From Schmidtea polychroa (Eukaryota), in the NCBI GenBank assembly GCA_044892525.1, contig CM097885.1:14882001-14946000 (forward strand): DNA of 64,000 nucleotides, read 5' to 3'. The translations under genes and the position numbers were made by a program. Below the pieces are notes generated by a model. The model was not told the origin of the DNA. It did not search any database and saw only the letters and a program-made list of their open reading frames with translations. Positions within the stretch are counted from its first letter, which is position 1. The number at the start of each line of letters is the position of its first letter. Of this stretch, positions 10,633-27,080 are shown one piece after another.

Positions 10633-11492
10633 GCACATATTTTACAAATGTTTGCAAATAGAAAAATTTTATTTAAAATTTGAATAGAAAATTACGGAAA
10701 TTAAAAAAGAAAATACTTTTTTAAATAATTAACAATTTGCTCATTGTTACTTGACTGTTTTGGTATTTTTTCTTACTTAATTTTGAAAAAATCGCAACAC
10801 TCTACAGGCCTAAGTTTTGAAAAATAATATCAATTTTATTAAAATATTACTAAAAATTAATTTTTCGTGAAACTCACAAGAAAACTTTAATTTTAACTTG
10901 GGTTGTTCAACGGAAATAGGAAATTCGATTATTTGTTTTAAAAAAGATATTAACAATCCTAACATTACGTCTATTTCAATATCTAAGTAGAAAGTAAACA
11001 ATTTGGTATTGACACTGTCTTGGAAACGCTATAATTTTTAATTTGAATAAATTACTGAAATCATTTATATTGAAACAACAAATTAAATTTTTGGAAAACA
11101 AATTTATTTTCCATTTAATGAAGTTTGAAACAATTTCCTAATTTTATTTCTTAAACAATTTTCATTCAATTAAATAATACATTTCATGGCCTACAAAAGA
11201 TTGAACAGACTGAATATAATAAACGTAACGCGCCCCGTCATATCTTTACAGCAGACACGATAAACCGGAATCTTGCCAACTATAAATTATACAACTGTTA
11301 TTTTAATATTTTTGTCTTGAAACAACTTATTCAAATATAATGCGACTATTAATTGGAAAATATTAATTACAATATTCTAATAATTACAATGTATCCGTTT
11401 ATATGTATTTGCACTGATTTTGTATCAATTATTACTAATGGTTGTGTTTTTTGAGAATTTCCCATTTTTAATTATTTATAATCATTTATATT

Positions 11493-12500
<1,008 letters not shown>

Positions 12501-12530
12501 TTAATAATTTACTTTTTAGACACACCTCGA

Positions 12531-12678
12531 ACCCATTTAAAGTTTGAGAATAAGTTGAGAACATTTCGTCCCCAATACTTCTAATCATTCGCTTTACCAG
12601 AGTAAACTACAATCACAAATGTCAGCTATCCTGAGGGAAACTTCGAGGGAACCAGCTACTAGATGGTTTGATTAGTCT
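12531..12678 (-). pseudogene. 28S rRNA gene fragment
   Basis: Reverse complement reads GACTAATCAAACCATCTAGTAGCTGGTTCCCTC-GAAGTTTCCCTCAGGATAGCTG...GGTAAAGCGAATGATTAGA...TATTCTCAAACTTTAAATGGGT, a conserved eukaryotic LSU segment. Only ~150 bp. Confidence 0.92.
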
Positions 12679-12795
12679 GACAAGGACTATCTTATAGTCG
12701 AAAATATTTTCATTAAATACATCATTTGCAGCAAAAGGCTTAAATTATCATTTTATTGTTTTAAATAATAAATGCTGCTACCAAGAAATCATCAC

Positions 12796-12941
<146 letters not shown>

Positions 12942-15900
12942 CCTAAACATTTCGATTTAATAACTGAAACCACTCTAAATTGTAATATAACCAAAGTTGC
13001 ATTTATAAATAGTTTCAAGATTTATTTTGTTTTAATTGGTCGATTTTCTCTCAATATATCAAATCTCTATTATATATAATGTAAAATATTTAAAATATTT
13101 TCTATTAATGAAAATTTGTAGCAATGTTTACAATAAATTTTCTATATATTATTAAAGTTGAAATAATTTTTAAATAAAAAATATATAAAAATGTAATGAT
13201 CATAGTAAATTAAAACTATTTAAAATCTATTTATTATTAATAATAATATATTATTTAAAAATCTTGGTGGAGAATAATAGATCTAGGAAATACCAATAAG
13301 ACAACAATTATGTCCCCACGTAGTCAATAAATATATTGTAAACATTTCAGATTCGTCGGTAAGAATAACATTCTGAATTATTGGTTGAGTAAATAATATC
13401 CTGTCAACTCTGCCAGGTTTTGTTTAAATCAAATAATTTAATATCAACAAAAACGACTAACAAAATATATCAAAAGGGAAAATTTATTAAAGCTCATTAC
13501 AATTCGTGGACAATTTTACCCTTCCAAGAAATCATTGCAATTTTATTAATTAAATTTAATTCTGTAATTCTTACTATTCTGACTGTTAATAAAAATTACC
13601 TAAATAAAAATAAAAATAAAAATTTTATAAATAATTTGCTGGGAGTAAAAATGTCAAAACGTGAAATTATTTCATTCAATCTTCACGCATTTATATTCTC
13701 GCAAATGTCAGATTTTAATCTTTTAGGTTTGTTTAAATTTTTTAAATTTCTCTAGTTTAATTTTTTGTTTAAATTATAAATTTCTGTAACAGTCAAACCG
13801 TCAAAAATAGAAGAAAGCTTATTTATTCTAATTCTTTCACTCAATATGGTTCGTTAAATTATTCTTATGGAGAACGGTAGGGTTTGGGATATTTGATATC
13901 GTATGATCCTCTTACATTCTTGGTTGCTCGTGCTCGTTATGAATTTCATAATTACATAATCAGAATTCTCAATGAACAACATTCAGCCAGTTGTCTGGTT
14001 AAAGATTTGACAGGAGAAATTACTTATTTAGCTTTTAGTAAAAGCCATTCCATATGTAGCTTCAGTTGACCTCAATAGAAGTGTGAACGTAGACATAATT
14101 GAATATTTTGTTTATCAAGGGAGTTCTGAATCAAGAAAAGTCTCATACAGACCTGTGATGTGGCATTAACATTTTGTTTCTCTTGGAGACTATTGGGTCT
14201 TGAATCTGTGGTTATATATTGAAGAATTTTGTCTATAATATCTTCCATACAATTTTTAATTCATATGAAACATTACTTCCATTTACAATTGAAATATGAT
14301 ATATTCTGCATAGAATTCCTCAAATCATTCAACTATACCTCTTTTTCCTGATGGCACCCTGACTAATGGATTATGCATATACCTATTGACTATAATTTAA
14401 GTAATTATGAAAGGACGCATTAAAAGATTACAATAAAAATGTACAGTTAGAAAATCTAGGGTTAAGGATCAATTCAAGTGAGAATAATTTGAGTGCCAAC
14501 TTAAAAAAAATCATGGACGTCTTTTGATCTTTTCCAACCTTATAATAATTAATAATCATCAATGCTATCCCAATAAGTCGCAAATAGAGCGCCTACAATA
14601 CTATCCATCTTGAACACAGGGAATGAGAGAAAAACTGACTGTTTACTGGAATCCCTATAACTGTATTTGCTATTTTACCCTTTCCCCTTTAAGCAACTGT
14701 ATAGTTCTCACAATCGCATTTATAACCTTTTCGTTTTAGATATTAATCATTGTACAACTATTGTTTGGAACGTATTACTTTCTTAAGGCTAACTAGCATC
14801 TTTTCAAACATTTATTTTATAAAATTTCTTCTTAATCACATTTTCTAACATTTTTATATTCAACGATATTTCCATTTATTCGAAAGAAACAAAAATATTA
14901 ATTAATAATTGTAAATATTTTGTTAAAATTAATTAATATCTTTTGATAATTTTATTAAAAATATCAATTCAGTTAAACAAATTTTGAATTTTATTTACCA
15001 AAAACTAAAATGATCAATAATGACATACACAATTTCCAAATTCAATCTGATATAAGCAGAACAATATGTATTCTACTCGATAAATATACACTCTTAATTG
15101 TGGCATACATTCAAAATCACGCGCAAAACCGAAATGCACCCAGTTTTATCCACAAACATTATGATAAAGAAATGTGACAACATTTTGAGTTAACTACGTA
15201 TTTGTGTATTTTCTATGTAACCACAAAATATGTCACCTGAATATGGTGTATAAATTGTCTGCTTATAACAGATCCAATATGAAATTGGTGTTTATTAAAT
15301 TTTCCAATCCTAATTGTAGAAACACGAAATTAATTCGTACAATATATCGATTGAAAGTGACAACACATTAACCGATCATATAAATATCTGATTCAGCAGT
15401 CAAGACTTCCATGAAAGTTTTGGTACCTGATCTGTAGATCGTACCAAGATTGTTTATGAGTTCAGATTTGGTCATATCGACTTCAGTATCGTAAGGTGTC
15501 AAAGTATTTGGAATCTTTATCTGGAATAACTTTAATCATTAAATCCTTTTGGCCATCCAAGGCAGACATTTTTTAATAGATTGTTAATGAAAATTAACAA
15601 TGGCGATGTTCGAAAAAAGCATAAATGAATTAAGTGAATTTTTTTGAATATTTAAACAATCATTTTAATTTAATTAATTCAATAAAGTATTATAAATTTA
15701 ATTATTAAATTGATATATCTTTTAAGTTGAAAGTCAAAGGCACTCTACTAATTGAAACATAATAAGATTTTGAATGTAAAAAGAAATCGATACCGCAAAA
15801 ATAGAAAACAAAAAATTGATTTATAATCTGAAAGAAATGAAAATAAATGAAAATGTATATTTTTCTAATTAAAATATTTATTTAATTAAATTAATTATAG

Positions 15901-16550
15901 AAATTATAAATTACTAATAATTATAAATAAATATTTATTTTAGTGAAATAAATTTCAATTTTTCATAATTAATGTAAACTTTGACTGGAAAAAATTAGGG
16001 AGAAATTTTCATAGTGGCGGATGCGAATTTTAGGTAAATGTTTTCCCTTTTTTCTCTTAATTTTCAAACATGACTGAAAATAAACAAAATATTTTGATTC
16101 TAATGATTTTTCATTGTTTTATGAATAAATTTGTTTGCTTTTAAACTGCTGAAACAAGTCGACACATCCCTCTGTAAAAGGAGATTAGAAAGACAGAAAA
16201 TTGTCTCCATGAAAATTATTTTTTTATCATGAAATTATTTTTCGATATTGAACGCTCATATTTGTTTCTGTTATTTTATTTGAATTTTTTTCTGGAATAA
16301 ATTTTAGTTCCTTTATCTAATGCTTACAATTCATTACAAACATAATTTACATAAATTTTAATTACCAATAAAAAATCTGCCAGTAAAATCTTTTATTCTG
16401 TTCATCATTGATCTAATTTTTTTTCACTTTCTCGTCATTTTATTTTTCAGATCACTATTTTTGATTATTAATTAATTTTTCAATTAATTTTTATAATTTA
16501 TTAATTTTTAATTTATTAATTATAAGAAAACGCCAATCAAACATTCTTTT

Positions 16551-16590
16551 CGCGATATATTTCGACAGTTTTCCTGTCATCATCAGGTGG
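16551..16590 (-). ncRNA. Minimal type I hammerhead ribozyme (Penelope pLTR)
   Basis: CAC-CTGATGA-T-GACAG GAAAA CTGTC-GAAA-TATA-TC-GCG; stem I has one mismatch. Confidence 0.8.
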
Positions 16591-17468
16591 GATATAATAA
16601 CTATGTAAATTAAGGATTTTAAACAAATTTATTAATTTTATTAATTATATAAAAAAATATCGTTCATCGTCTTTGTCTTCTACTTTTGAAAATTAAGTAA
16701 AAAGTGTTGACAAATTGGTTGAATTGTTAATGAAGAACGGTTATTCAAAATCCTTTTTATTAATTATGGTAACAGAGACTGTTGACAAATTTATTAAAAA
16801 TTCTAAGGATCCATGTTTGAGAAAATCTGGATGTGATGTTGTTGAGGTGTGTGAGTCTGATGAGTCAAATAAATTAAATAGTATAAGCAAGGATGATAAG
16901 CCTAAATTTGTGTTAGTATTGCCGTACTCAGAAGGTTTTAAGGATTATAAAGTGACAATAAGAAGCAGTTAGGGAATTTAAACTATAGTATTGGAGAGAC
17001 TTCTTGTCATCTCTGTATTCAAGGTCGAGAACATTATAAACCGAAGACTTTGATTCATATTAGTGAATACAATAAGGGCTGTAAGAGTAAAATAGGTATC
17101 TCTGATTTTAAAATTTTATTAAAAAATTTCGATAATTATTGGGAACGTGTGATTTGTGAGGTTTTGTTAATAAAATCATTGAATCCGAAAATTAATGTGC
17201 AGAATGCAGTAAATACCTGTGTTTTGAGTGTTTTTAAATAGGTTTTTTTATATTGTATGTATTGATTGTTGTATTAAATTAAATAATTAATAAAAATTTT
17301 TTAAATTATTAAATTAAATTTTAAATGCTGAAATTTAAAAAAAAATAATATATTATTTTAAGCATATTTTTTTTAAAAATAATTAAATGTTTTTATAAAA
17401 TAAAAAATTTTTTTATATATAATTAATAAATTTGTTCAAAATCCTTAATTTAATTAGTTATTATATCC

Positions 17469-17507
17469 CACCTGATGATGACAGGAAAACTGTCGAATTA
17501 TATCGTG
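17469..17507 (+). ncRNA. Minimal hammerhead ribozyme, second pLTR copy (GAAA to GAAT)
   Basis: CAC-CTGATGA-T-GACAG GAAAA CTGTC-GAAT-TATA-TC-GTG. Confidence 0.75.
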
Positions 17508-17879
17508 AAAAGAATGTTTGATTGGCGTTATCTTATATTATTATGATTATTATTATTATTATTATTATTATTATTTTTATTTTTATTATTATTATTATTA
17601 TTGAAATCAGTTGCTGTAAAATCTAAAGGCAGGTTTGATCAGAAATATTAAACTTAATTTTGTTTGTATCTAAAATTACACCTTACTATTAATAATTGAC
17701 CGTTGATATATTGCATCCGAATTTCCAACTGATCTCTTATATCATGACCTTTGGATCGTATCAGTTTAGATGGTCCCTGGTAACTATCGATTACATCAAC
17801 ACGCTTACTGATCATACATATGCATATTTTATATACATACCTTTTATTTAATAATTGATCAGAAAAAAAATCAACTAAC

Positions 17880-18540
17880 CAATCACTGGCAATCGGCGCA
17901 TGGACCTCGGAGCATTTGAAGATACTATTACCACGTACATCGTCATGCTGAGGACAAGAGATAGAGCAACAGATAACCTATCGCCCGTATCATCGAGAGT
18001 GAATATAAGACATGCTAATCCTGAAAGCATTGAAAATGGAATCAAAACCAAAACGACAAAATAAAGCGGTTGTCTTTTCAAATGAATACTGACTCGAATA
18101 TATTGGTAGGAAACATTGAGATCACTCCGATACTTCTTTGGTGTAAAATCAATGGCTTCTATTTGCCATTCACTGACATTGGAGTTGGGCAAATAACTAT
18201 TGTCCACCGCTGAGCCTCTCTGGACTGGGTAAATAATTATTTGTTTTTCCGAACTTTGCCAAGGATTAATAACAAGATAACAAGTCTGATAGTCAAATGG
18301 AAAGAAACTGACATCCAAAGGACAGGTGACATCGAGCACAGCTCCATGCAACCAAGTGACTACACCTGTGTAGTCAACTGAGATTCTAGATTGAGCTATG
18401 GTACTAAAATCAAAGTTTTTGCTATGTTTGACATTCATCACACCGATATCTGGAAGCCACATATCCTTGGCGAGAATTGAAATAGAGCTAAGATTCCCAT
18501 AAGCTGCCGGATTCCATTGAAGCCGCAGATCTTTCCATAC
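17880..18540 (-). CDS. nAChR-like subunit exon (ligand-binding domain, Cys-loop, TM1, TM2)
   Basis: ttatag|VWKDLRLQWNPAAYGN...WLPDI...CPLDVSFFPFDYQTC...LKRQPLYF...TGDRLSVALSLVLSMTMY...PVIG|gttagt. 661 nt, phase 0 to phase 1. Confidence 0.95.
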
Positions 18541-18565
18541 CTATAAGAATAAGAAAATGCAGTAA

Positions 18566-18671
<106 letters not shown>

Positions 18672-18794
18672 TTAATAATTATTATAAGAACTTTTATTTC
18701 TTCCAATTTCAAAATTGATTATTTTTTCCATTGAATTTATTAAAAAGAGAGTTTGAAGACTAAAAATCAGTAATATATCGATGTTTGTTGATAC

Positions 18795-18827
18795 TCACGA
18801 ATTTTCGGCACTGCCTTTTTCAAGTGA
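18795..18827 (-). ncRNA. Minimal hammerhead variant with U3-A8 core, inside a ~150-bp dispersed repeat
   Basis: TCAC-TTGAAAA-A-GGC AGT GCC-GAAA-AT-TC-GTGA. Related copies near 29230-29263, 35433-35465, 48710-48740 and 50209-50241. Confidence 0.7.
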
Positions 18828-19186
18828 CTTTGATCATTATTACATTTAATAATTATTGTTTGGGGATAATAAATTTATTTCGCATTTATAATAAATTTAT
18901 TGGTTTAACTATATATATTCTATTTATATTTTATTTTAATTACCCAAATAATATTTCCTATTTTTTTAAAATTTTAAATTCAGTAATTTAATTAAATTTT
19001 AAATTTTTTAATATTTTATTTTATAAAAAAATGTTTTTTATATTTTAAATATTTCTTTAATTTTAAATCTAATTAAATATTAATTTAAGTATTAATTTAG
19101 TTGAATGTTGATGGACGGTCTCCGCGGCTAATCTTTACAATGAGTTTTTGAACGCATAATAATAATAATAATATTAATAATAAAAC

Positions 19187-19345
<159 letters not shown>

Positions 19346-19787
19346 AAGAAGAAGAAATAAATAAAACGAAAATACTGTTATTTTTTTTATAATGAAGTTT
19401 TTTAATTTCTCTTTTACAAAATGTAAATCATTTTAATTATTTTAATTAAAAAAAACAATAATATTTTCATTTCAATTAAATGTGAACAGAAATAAATAAA
19501 ATTTGTTTTGCAATTAAAAAAATTTTTTATTTTTATCTGCATCCAATTAGGTATGAATTTTGCATTTGAATAATTAATTTATTAATAGAATTGTGTAATA
19601 AAATAAACATAAGTTTTTAAAATTTTTGTTTTTGTTGTTATTTTTCAATGTAGTAAAACATTTTCTGTTTGGAAAATGACGTTTTTGTTTATTAAATTAA
19701 TATTGTAAACACTGGATATGTGTGGCTAATGGAAAATAGTCTTTGTGGTTCATAATAGGAAACTAGTGTGACATAACTGCCTTATTC

Positions 19788-20820
19788 AAAGGTGTAGCTA
19801 AGGAAGCATTTGGTCAGATGTCCCAAAACTTCATACCGGGAGGTGCCAGAATGGAGTTGGAAAATTTTGACACTGTAGAATGCATCGTATTAATATTGTT
19901 TATTTTATTTTCGTTTTGTTATGTACTTTATCCTTATTGTAATAAAGCTTGCTATGATTTCACAGTAAACTACTGATTTTGTTTTAATTGAATGCAATGA
20001 TGGATCAAGATCGTCTTAGCGATTATGCACTTCTCAGTATTGAACGAAATAAGATTTTGATGAAATTATTGATCAGTTTGCCACAATAAAATTCAGGAAA
20101 ATAAACTTGCTATGAATGTTTAACAATATGTAGGTATGGGCATCACATTGTATATAATAGATATGACATTCCTAATACTCATTACTTGACTATATGACTT
20201 TACCCCTTGGAATCGTTTTTTTCTTCTCTTTAGTTACTGCTACAGTACATCGTGTGACTTTTACTTAATTTGATACAATAATGGTTTCCAAAGTTGCAGG
20301 AGACCTAAAATCTGAAATACCCTAAATATGTTTATTTGGAAATTTGCTTATCCAGGCCACAATTTAATCTCATCCATTCGAATAATCAGAGTCTTATTGT
20401 TTGTATTTAACTTACATTTATGAAGTCGACCCTAAGGATTTATTTCTATATATTATTGTAGAAACAGTATAAACACTAAATTCTATTTTTGGCAACATAT
20501 CTTGCACTGCAGTTATTATCAGCAATCAGTAAGCATTTCAGAAATAAATTCTAGATATTTGGTAATCACAAACAACTGTTTCAAATATCGATTCTGAAAA
20601 AAATAATTTTAAAAAAGGAAAAAGTAATAAATTAATTTGAAGAGGATAATTTATCTGAAATTATATGATTATAAGATTTTAGAAATATTTTTTTCATATA
20701 TTTAAAAAGTTGTTGAATTGAAAAAATTCAAACATAAAATTCACATTCAATTCTAGTCACGGTTTTTATTAAATCTTCATTACAACGGTTGGGGGCACCA
20801 GACCAACAAAGTTACACCTG
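19788..20820 (+). mobile_element. hAT (Tip100/Blackjack-like) deletion derivative
   Basis: MDQDRLSDYALLSIER...DFDEIIDQFATIK dimerisation-domain scrap at ~19998-20110. Ends resemble AGGTGTAGCT...AGTTACACCT. No TSD seen. Confidence 0.6.
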
Positions 20821-23800
20821 CTTCCCATGATACAGGATTGTTACTATTCAAACCACGACATTTACGGACCTAGCTCAACTTGTAAATATAAAATAAGCAG
20901 CTTTAGACATTTCCTTCCTCTTTAAAACAATATTTAGATAACAATATTAAAGCAATTTAATTAAAATTTTAAAGTTTAAAAATGTTTCCCGAGACTTCAT
21001 AATTTTTGAATTTTGAACCCCTGTAAAGCTTTCAATTATTTGGGCCTCTGAAGTCTCCATGGTGACAAGCATATTTTAAAATAATTCTGAGGTAAAAAAG
21101 TCTTTTGAAAACTTAAAGGGTTTTAATGATATTGTTTTAATAGATTAATGAACAGAAAAGATCCGAAGCGCTAAATATTTTTCAAATGAAAAAAAGATTT
21201 AAAAATTGAAAGAATCAAGGTAATCTTTGGACAATATTAAAAGACAACACTTAACTAGATAAAAAAACACACTTGAAATGAAAAGCAAAAATCCGAGATT
21301 AAATCCATTCAAATTCAGTTAGTGATTATGAAAGGTTTGACAAAATGCAATTTTAATAATCAACCAGGACCCTTGAGAAAAAGGCGAGAGATCATTTGAA
21401 TGTTTGCCAGTCCATAATACGTACTGTAATAAAGAAAAGCTCAATTAGCAAATGGAACCCCAATAATAAATATCAACGGCAACTATCTAACTTTCAATAA
21501 CAAATAGAGTTTTCAAATTTGCAAGATTAAATTTTTAACAATGATAATTATTTATTCAAATAAAATTAATTAAATAAAACTTTTATAATGTAGGAAATCT
21601 CATCATTGTTTTCCCAAAATAATAATATTTTATTTATTTTTATTAATACGACATAATATTTTTTCTTGACCATATTATCTGACAGAGTCACCACAATTGA
21701 ACGCTTTATAACCTATTTCCATATATTATGTTTATCTTCTGGTTTCACCTTTGATCTTTTTTGAATTCAATAATTTCCATATTAATATTTGTAAGACTAT
21801 AAATCAAAACAGTATATAATGGAACAAGATATTTTGGCAGAGTCTTTATCAAATCCCATTTCCTAATAGATATTTTCATGATAAAATCTACAAAAAATCC
21901 ATTTGAACTTGAAATTAAAATTATAAATGTTAGAAGACTTTGGAGACATAAGATTCATTAAACCTAAAAACTGATTATCACTCCAGAGGAATTAATTATA
22001 TTGTAAGTATCACGAGCAAGATACACACATGAATAAATAATACATTATCGCCTCCTTGACATTCAGACAGACATTACATAATATTCTGTCATACAAATTC
22101 AACATGCAATAATATGATTTTAAATATGTATTATTTACAGTTATCCTACAATAAATAAATTTAAAGATATCTTTCATGGAAATAGTTAATGGAATTCAAT
22201 TGGATTTTATGAGTGAATTGTAACATTGGCTATTACAGTTTAGATTTACATAATGATATAATTAATAATTAATATTTAATTCAATTTAATTTCTCCTTCT
22301 TAAAACAGAACTCAATAGCCTATAAGCCACCTAGCTAATTTTCTTAATTTTTTCGAAGATTTAAACAAATTTTATAGAAATATATGTGTAACGAATATGT
22401 TAAATAAAGCTTAACTTCTTTTCTTAACCAATTAATTAATTTTCAAAAGTCGGCCAATAAAGAATCCGTTATTTTAATTTATTTTTATTACTGTTTATAC
22501 TATGCCAAAAAGAAAACAAAAGATATATTACAAAATCCATAAAAACTCCAAATAAAATGCATATTGTGATTACAAAATTGAAAAACAAAAGTTTTATATG
22601 CGTAATAACTTCTAAATATATTTTTATAAATTAATTTGGAACCTAAAATATACAAACACAGCACACATAATATAAAATACATGCTAATTTTTATAGCATT
22701 TTTCATTTTGAAATGAAAGCCATTTTTAAAATTGAATAAATGAAGTTACAAACTTCTTTTTCTCATAAAGGATGAGTCACCTCAACTGATGTACACACCA
22801 ACGTGTATTATAGAAACTCTTATTTTTCGGAATTAGGTGTATAAGAACATTGTAAAATAAACCACGCCTGCGGTCCGCCTCATTTACTGGACATTATTAT
22901 CAAGAGAAGTAATTTGAAGCAGCTTCGATCGCTCTAGAGGCGTGGCAGATAATCTAAACAGCTAATCAGGATGAATGATGGAGACATTTCGATAAATATC
23001 AGACAGTACTCTAATTTTCGGAGATGATCGATTATATATTCAATCAAGTTTTGTTTTGATAAATTTCCCTGATCGAGATATCTCGAACAAATTCGTTAAG
23101 TGGTTAACTTAATTAATTAATTAATTTAAATATTGTGTTAATTTAGAATTTCTTAATAAGTATGGTATGTTAATAATAATTGCAAATATTATATTAATAA
23201 TTTGAATTTATGTATAATTATAAAATAATTATATAATTTAAATTAATAGAATAATTGTAGAATGATATTGTTGCTCAAGATATTGTTGGCGTAAAATAAT
23301 CATCTTGTTTGAATATTGTGAATAATAATAAATATTTGAATTTCGAATATTTTATTAATTTAAATGGATACAATTAATACTCGATCCACACAGTCTAACA
23401 ACATGTAAAAAGTTACAGTTAAAAATACAGTAAAAAGTACAGTAAAGAACAAGATATTAACAATGGGAAAATTTCCAAGTGAAAAATAGGCATTGTCAGT
23501 TCAACATGATCAATCTTTTGCAGAATCATTTGATGACCTACAAATGTAATTTATATATTAATTATTATTATTTTTACTGCAATAATTGTCAGGGAGAATT
23601 GTAATTATCATGAATTTGGAATGATAAAACCCAACTATGCACAGATGAGAAGTGGGAAATATCAAATTTGACACATTTCATAGAATGATTCCTCAATCTG
23701 ATGCCTAATGATCCAATAAATTAGTTTCCATTGAGTGGATCAATCTCCCATACAATCGCATATTGTTGTCAGCAAATGATCCCATTTCAACAGATTTGGA

Positions 23801-24961
23801 AAACTTATCAATTTCATTGATATTTGACGAGTAAATGTGAATAAATTGATTTTGCACAAATTGATGGAGAATGAAATCAATTTTATATTTGATTGGATTT
23901 CTGAATGTGATTCCGGTCAACATTTCTTATCGAATCAATTTTGGTTTTAGCAGAATACTTTTTCATTTTCCTAACTCGTAAATTGTCATTAAATCCGCAC
24001 ACTTATTTAATTAAGTAGGTCTTTTCTAATTCTCTACTCTGATTCTCTCTAGCTCATCATTTATTTCGGATCTTCGGAATTTTTGTATTTAAACTGTTAT
24101 GAAATAAATAGTGTGCTTTCCGTGTATTGTGTGAGTCCAATCAGAGAGTGCTTATTTGAGCCCTGATGCATTTATGTTTATTTGATTTATTATGCTCTCT
24201 TAAAACATTTTGAGAGATTAGTTTCCAAAGATCAGGAATTCTAATAAATTCTAACTCTAATGAATTCAAACAAAGAGTTATGAATGAGATTGAACAAAAT
24301 ATAATATTAGAGAAAGAGCAGATATCAAATAATAATAGTCTATTAAAACAAAACCCATTCAAAAATTACAAAATCCTTGTATTGAAAATATTTGAATAAA
24401 ATCACTCAGAATAAGTTAATATTTTTGAAATACTTTTTAAATTAATTTTAACATTAAATATTAATAAATAATATTATATTAAGCATGGAACCTGTAAAAG
24501 TTTCGAAAGGTTTCATTAAAAAATTATTAATAGAGCATCAATTAAAACTAAATTTCGGACAAAATTGCTTACCTTTTTTATTGAAGCCCGCAATATTGGT
24601 GAATACATTAAACTGCAGTTCTTTAGCAAAATGATTTGCAAAATATTAGTATAAGGAATACTTATTCAAAATAATTAAAAATTAAATTCTTATTAAAATT
24701 ATTGAAAAAATTCATAATGTCTTTACAAACAAATGTAACATTTATTTTTATTTTTTCAGTTTACCGATCAATTTGTTTTTCAATTTATTTTCATAACTGA
24801 CTTTTCTAGTGTTATTTCACAATTTTCACAAATTTGGTTATAAATCATATTTTATATTTCAAAATTTAAATAAATGTAAATGAAATGCTTATAAAGTTAT
24901 GCAATTATTTTTGCTTTATTCGCACGTATTCGTGTCTTTTTTGAAGCTATGAATAATAATG

Positions 24962-25095
<134 letters not shown>

Positions 25096-25360
25096 CATCA
25101 TCATCATCATCATAATAATAGTTAGAATAATAATAATAATAATAATAATAAAATATTATTATTTACCAATTGAATTATTTTTCTTTATTCATTTAAAATT
25201 TTTCTTTTCCTTGACTTGTCAGTAATGAGATTAAGAACAAATAACAAGACAAATTCACAAAGACTTTATAAATTTCATTAAATAAAAATCAAAAAAGTTT
25301 TTTGAAATTATTTTAATTTAACAATATTAATAATACCAATAATAATGAATAATAGTGCAT

Positions 25361-25481
<121 letters not shown>

Positions 25482-25482
25482 T

Positions 25483-25636
<154 letters not shown>

Positions 25637-25958
25637 TGAAAGTTTTTGGAATTAAGTATTAGAGTCCATTGGTTAATAATTGATGGAAATTATAATCATA
25701 ATGCCAAATTTCTTCAGGAAAATTATTAGTAAATTAGTTGTCGGATCTGCCGCATGCAGAAATAACTGGCGACTTTATTTAATTATCTTTTTTATAAATC
25801 AACCGAAAGTTTTATTTGCTATTTTATAATATTCTTGACCACTTATAATTGGCTTTGCCTATTTTATAAAAACCTTGTAATATTATGTTAAATAACAGGC
25901 AAAGCTTACCACAAAATAACCTTATCCAATACCTTAATAATGATAATAATAGCGATAA

Positions 25959-26077
<119 letters not shown>

Positions 26078-26763
26078 TCTTTAAATGCTTAACACGTTAA
26101 TTTGCAGTTGGGATTCATTTGTAAGATTCTGTACAGCCCGTGGGCATCCTTGCGAACATAAATAGTAAATACTGGCTTTATTTCAGAGAAATATAGTTCA
26201 TGTTGGAGTCAATTTATGCAGAAAATAGTCAGTATAGTGCAAATGCTAGTAACCAACAATACGGGCATGAACAATACCTTGAGCATGTTACCGATGTCAA
26301 CTGGTGGTACATCCGCCAGTTAACGTGCAAATTGTTAATTTTTGAGACATAATAAAATTATTTTTTTTTCTTAAAATGAATTTTAAATATTTAATTATTA
26401 AATAGACATTTTATTTATTAAATTTGATTATTACATTCTATTATTAAAAAGACACAAATATAGCTGCTGCATTAAAAAATATTTGCTATTTTAATTTATT
26501 GTTACAAGTTTATTTCGAAATTGTTGAACTGAAAAAGCAATGTTGTGATTTGCAATTGAGAATATTCCTGGGGAAGTAATTATTAACAGGATTCCAAGGT
26601 AGATTGCATTATATTTCTACAAGATAACAAGGATAAGTGTAATGTATTGTAATTCCTTATTTTTTTTTATTTTGTTAGTTGTATGGTTCGAATGTAAATA
26701 ACAATTCTGCACGTTGCACGTGGAGAAGGTTTTTTATCCTTTTTTTAAAAAAAAATAAACTAC

Positions 26764-27080
26764 ATAGCGATAATTTACCATAGTAAATTATCGCTATAGA
26801 AAATGGATGACAAAATATAATATCCATAAAAAAAATTGTTAATTATTATTTCAAGCCAAAACTCAACCTAAACTATTCGGAAAACAAGTTTAAAAAATAA
26901 ATTATATATAACAACCAAATTTCAAGCCAAAACCCAACTTAGAAAACTCAACCTAAACTATTCGGAAAACAAGTTTAGAAAGTAAATTATAATCTTGTAT
27001 CTAACCAGTGTCAATCGAACTAAAGAGCCGAAAGAAATCTCAACCCAAACTATTAGGAAAATAAGTTTGGGAAACAAATT
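26764..27080. repeat. 15-bp perfect palindrome followed by three imperfect direct repeats (probable non-autonomous TE)
   Basis: ATAGCGATAATTTAC-CATA-GTAAATTATCGCTAT at 26764-26797. CTCAACCYAAACTATTMGGAAAA at ~26862, ~26946 and ~27038. Confidence 0.6.

Larger units (their letters stand above)
16521..17538 (+). mobile_element. Penelope-like retroelement remnant with inverted pseudo-LTRs
   Basis: Inverted repeats ~16521-16657 and ~17408-17538. Coding scraps LLMKNGYSKSF, VLPYSEG and GIY-YIG C-terminal DFKIL...ERVICEVLLIKSLNPKINVQ. Confidence 0.85.

Noticed and set aside
23400..23923. Possible exons on the minus strand
   Set aside because: Short frames with no family signal and no consistent splice partners.
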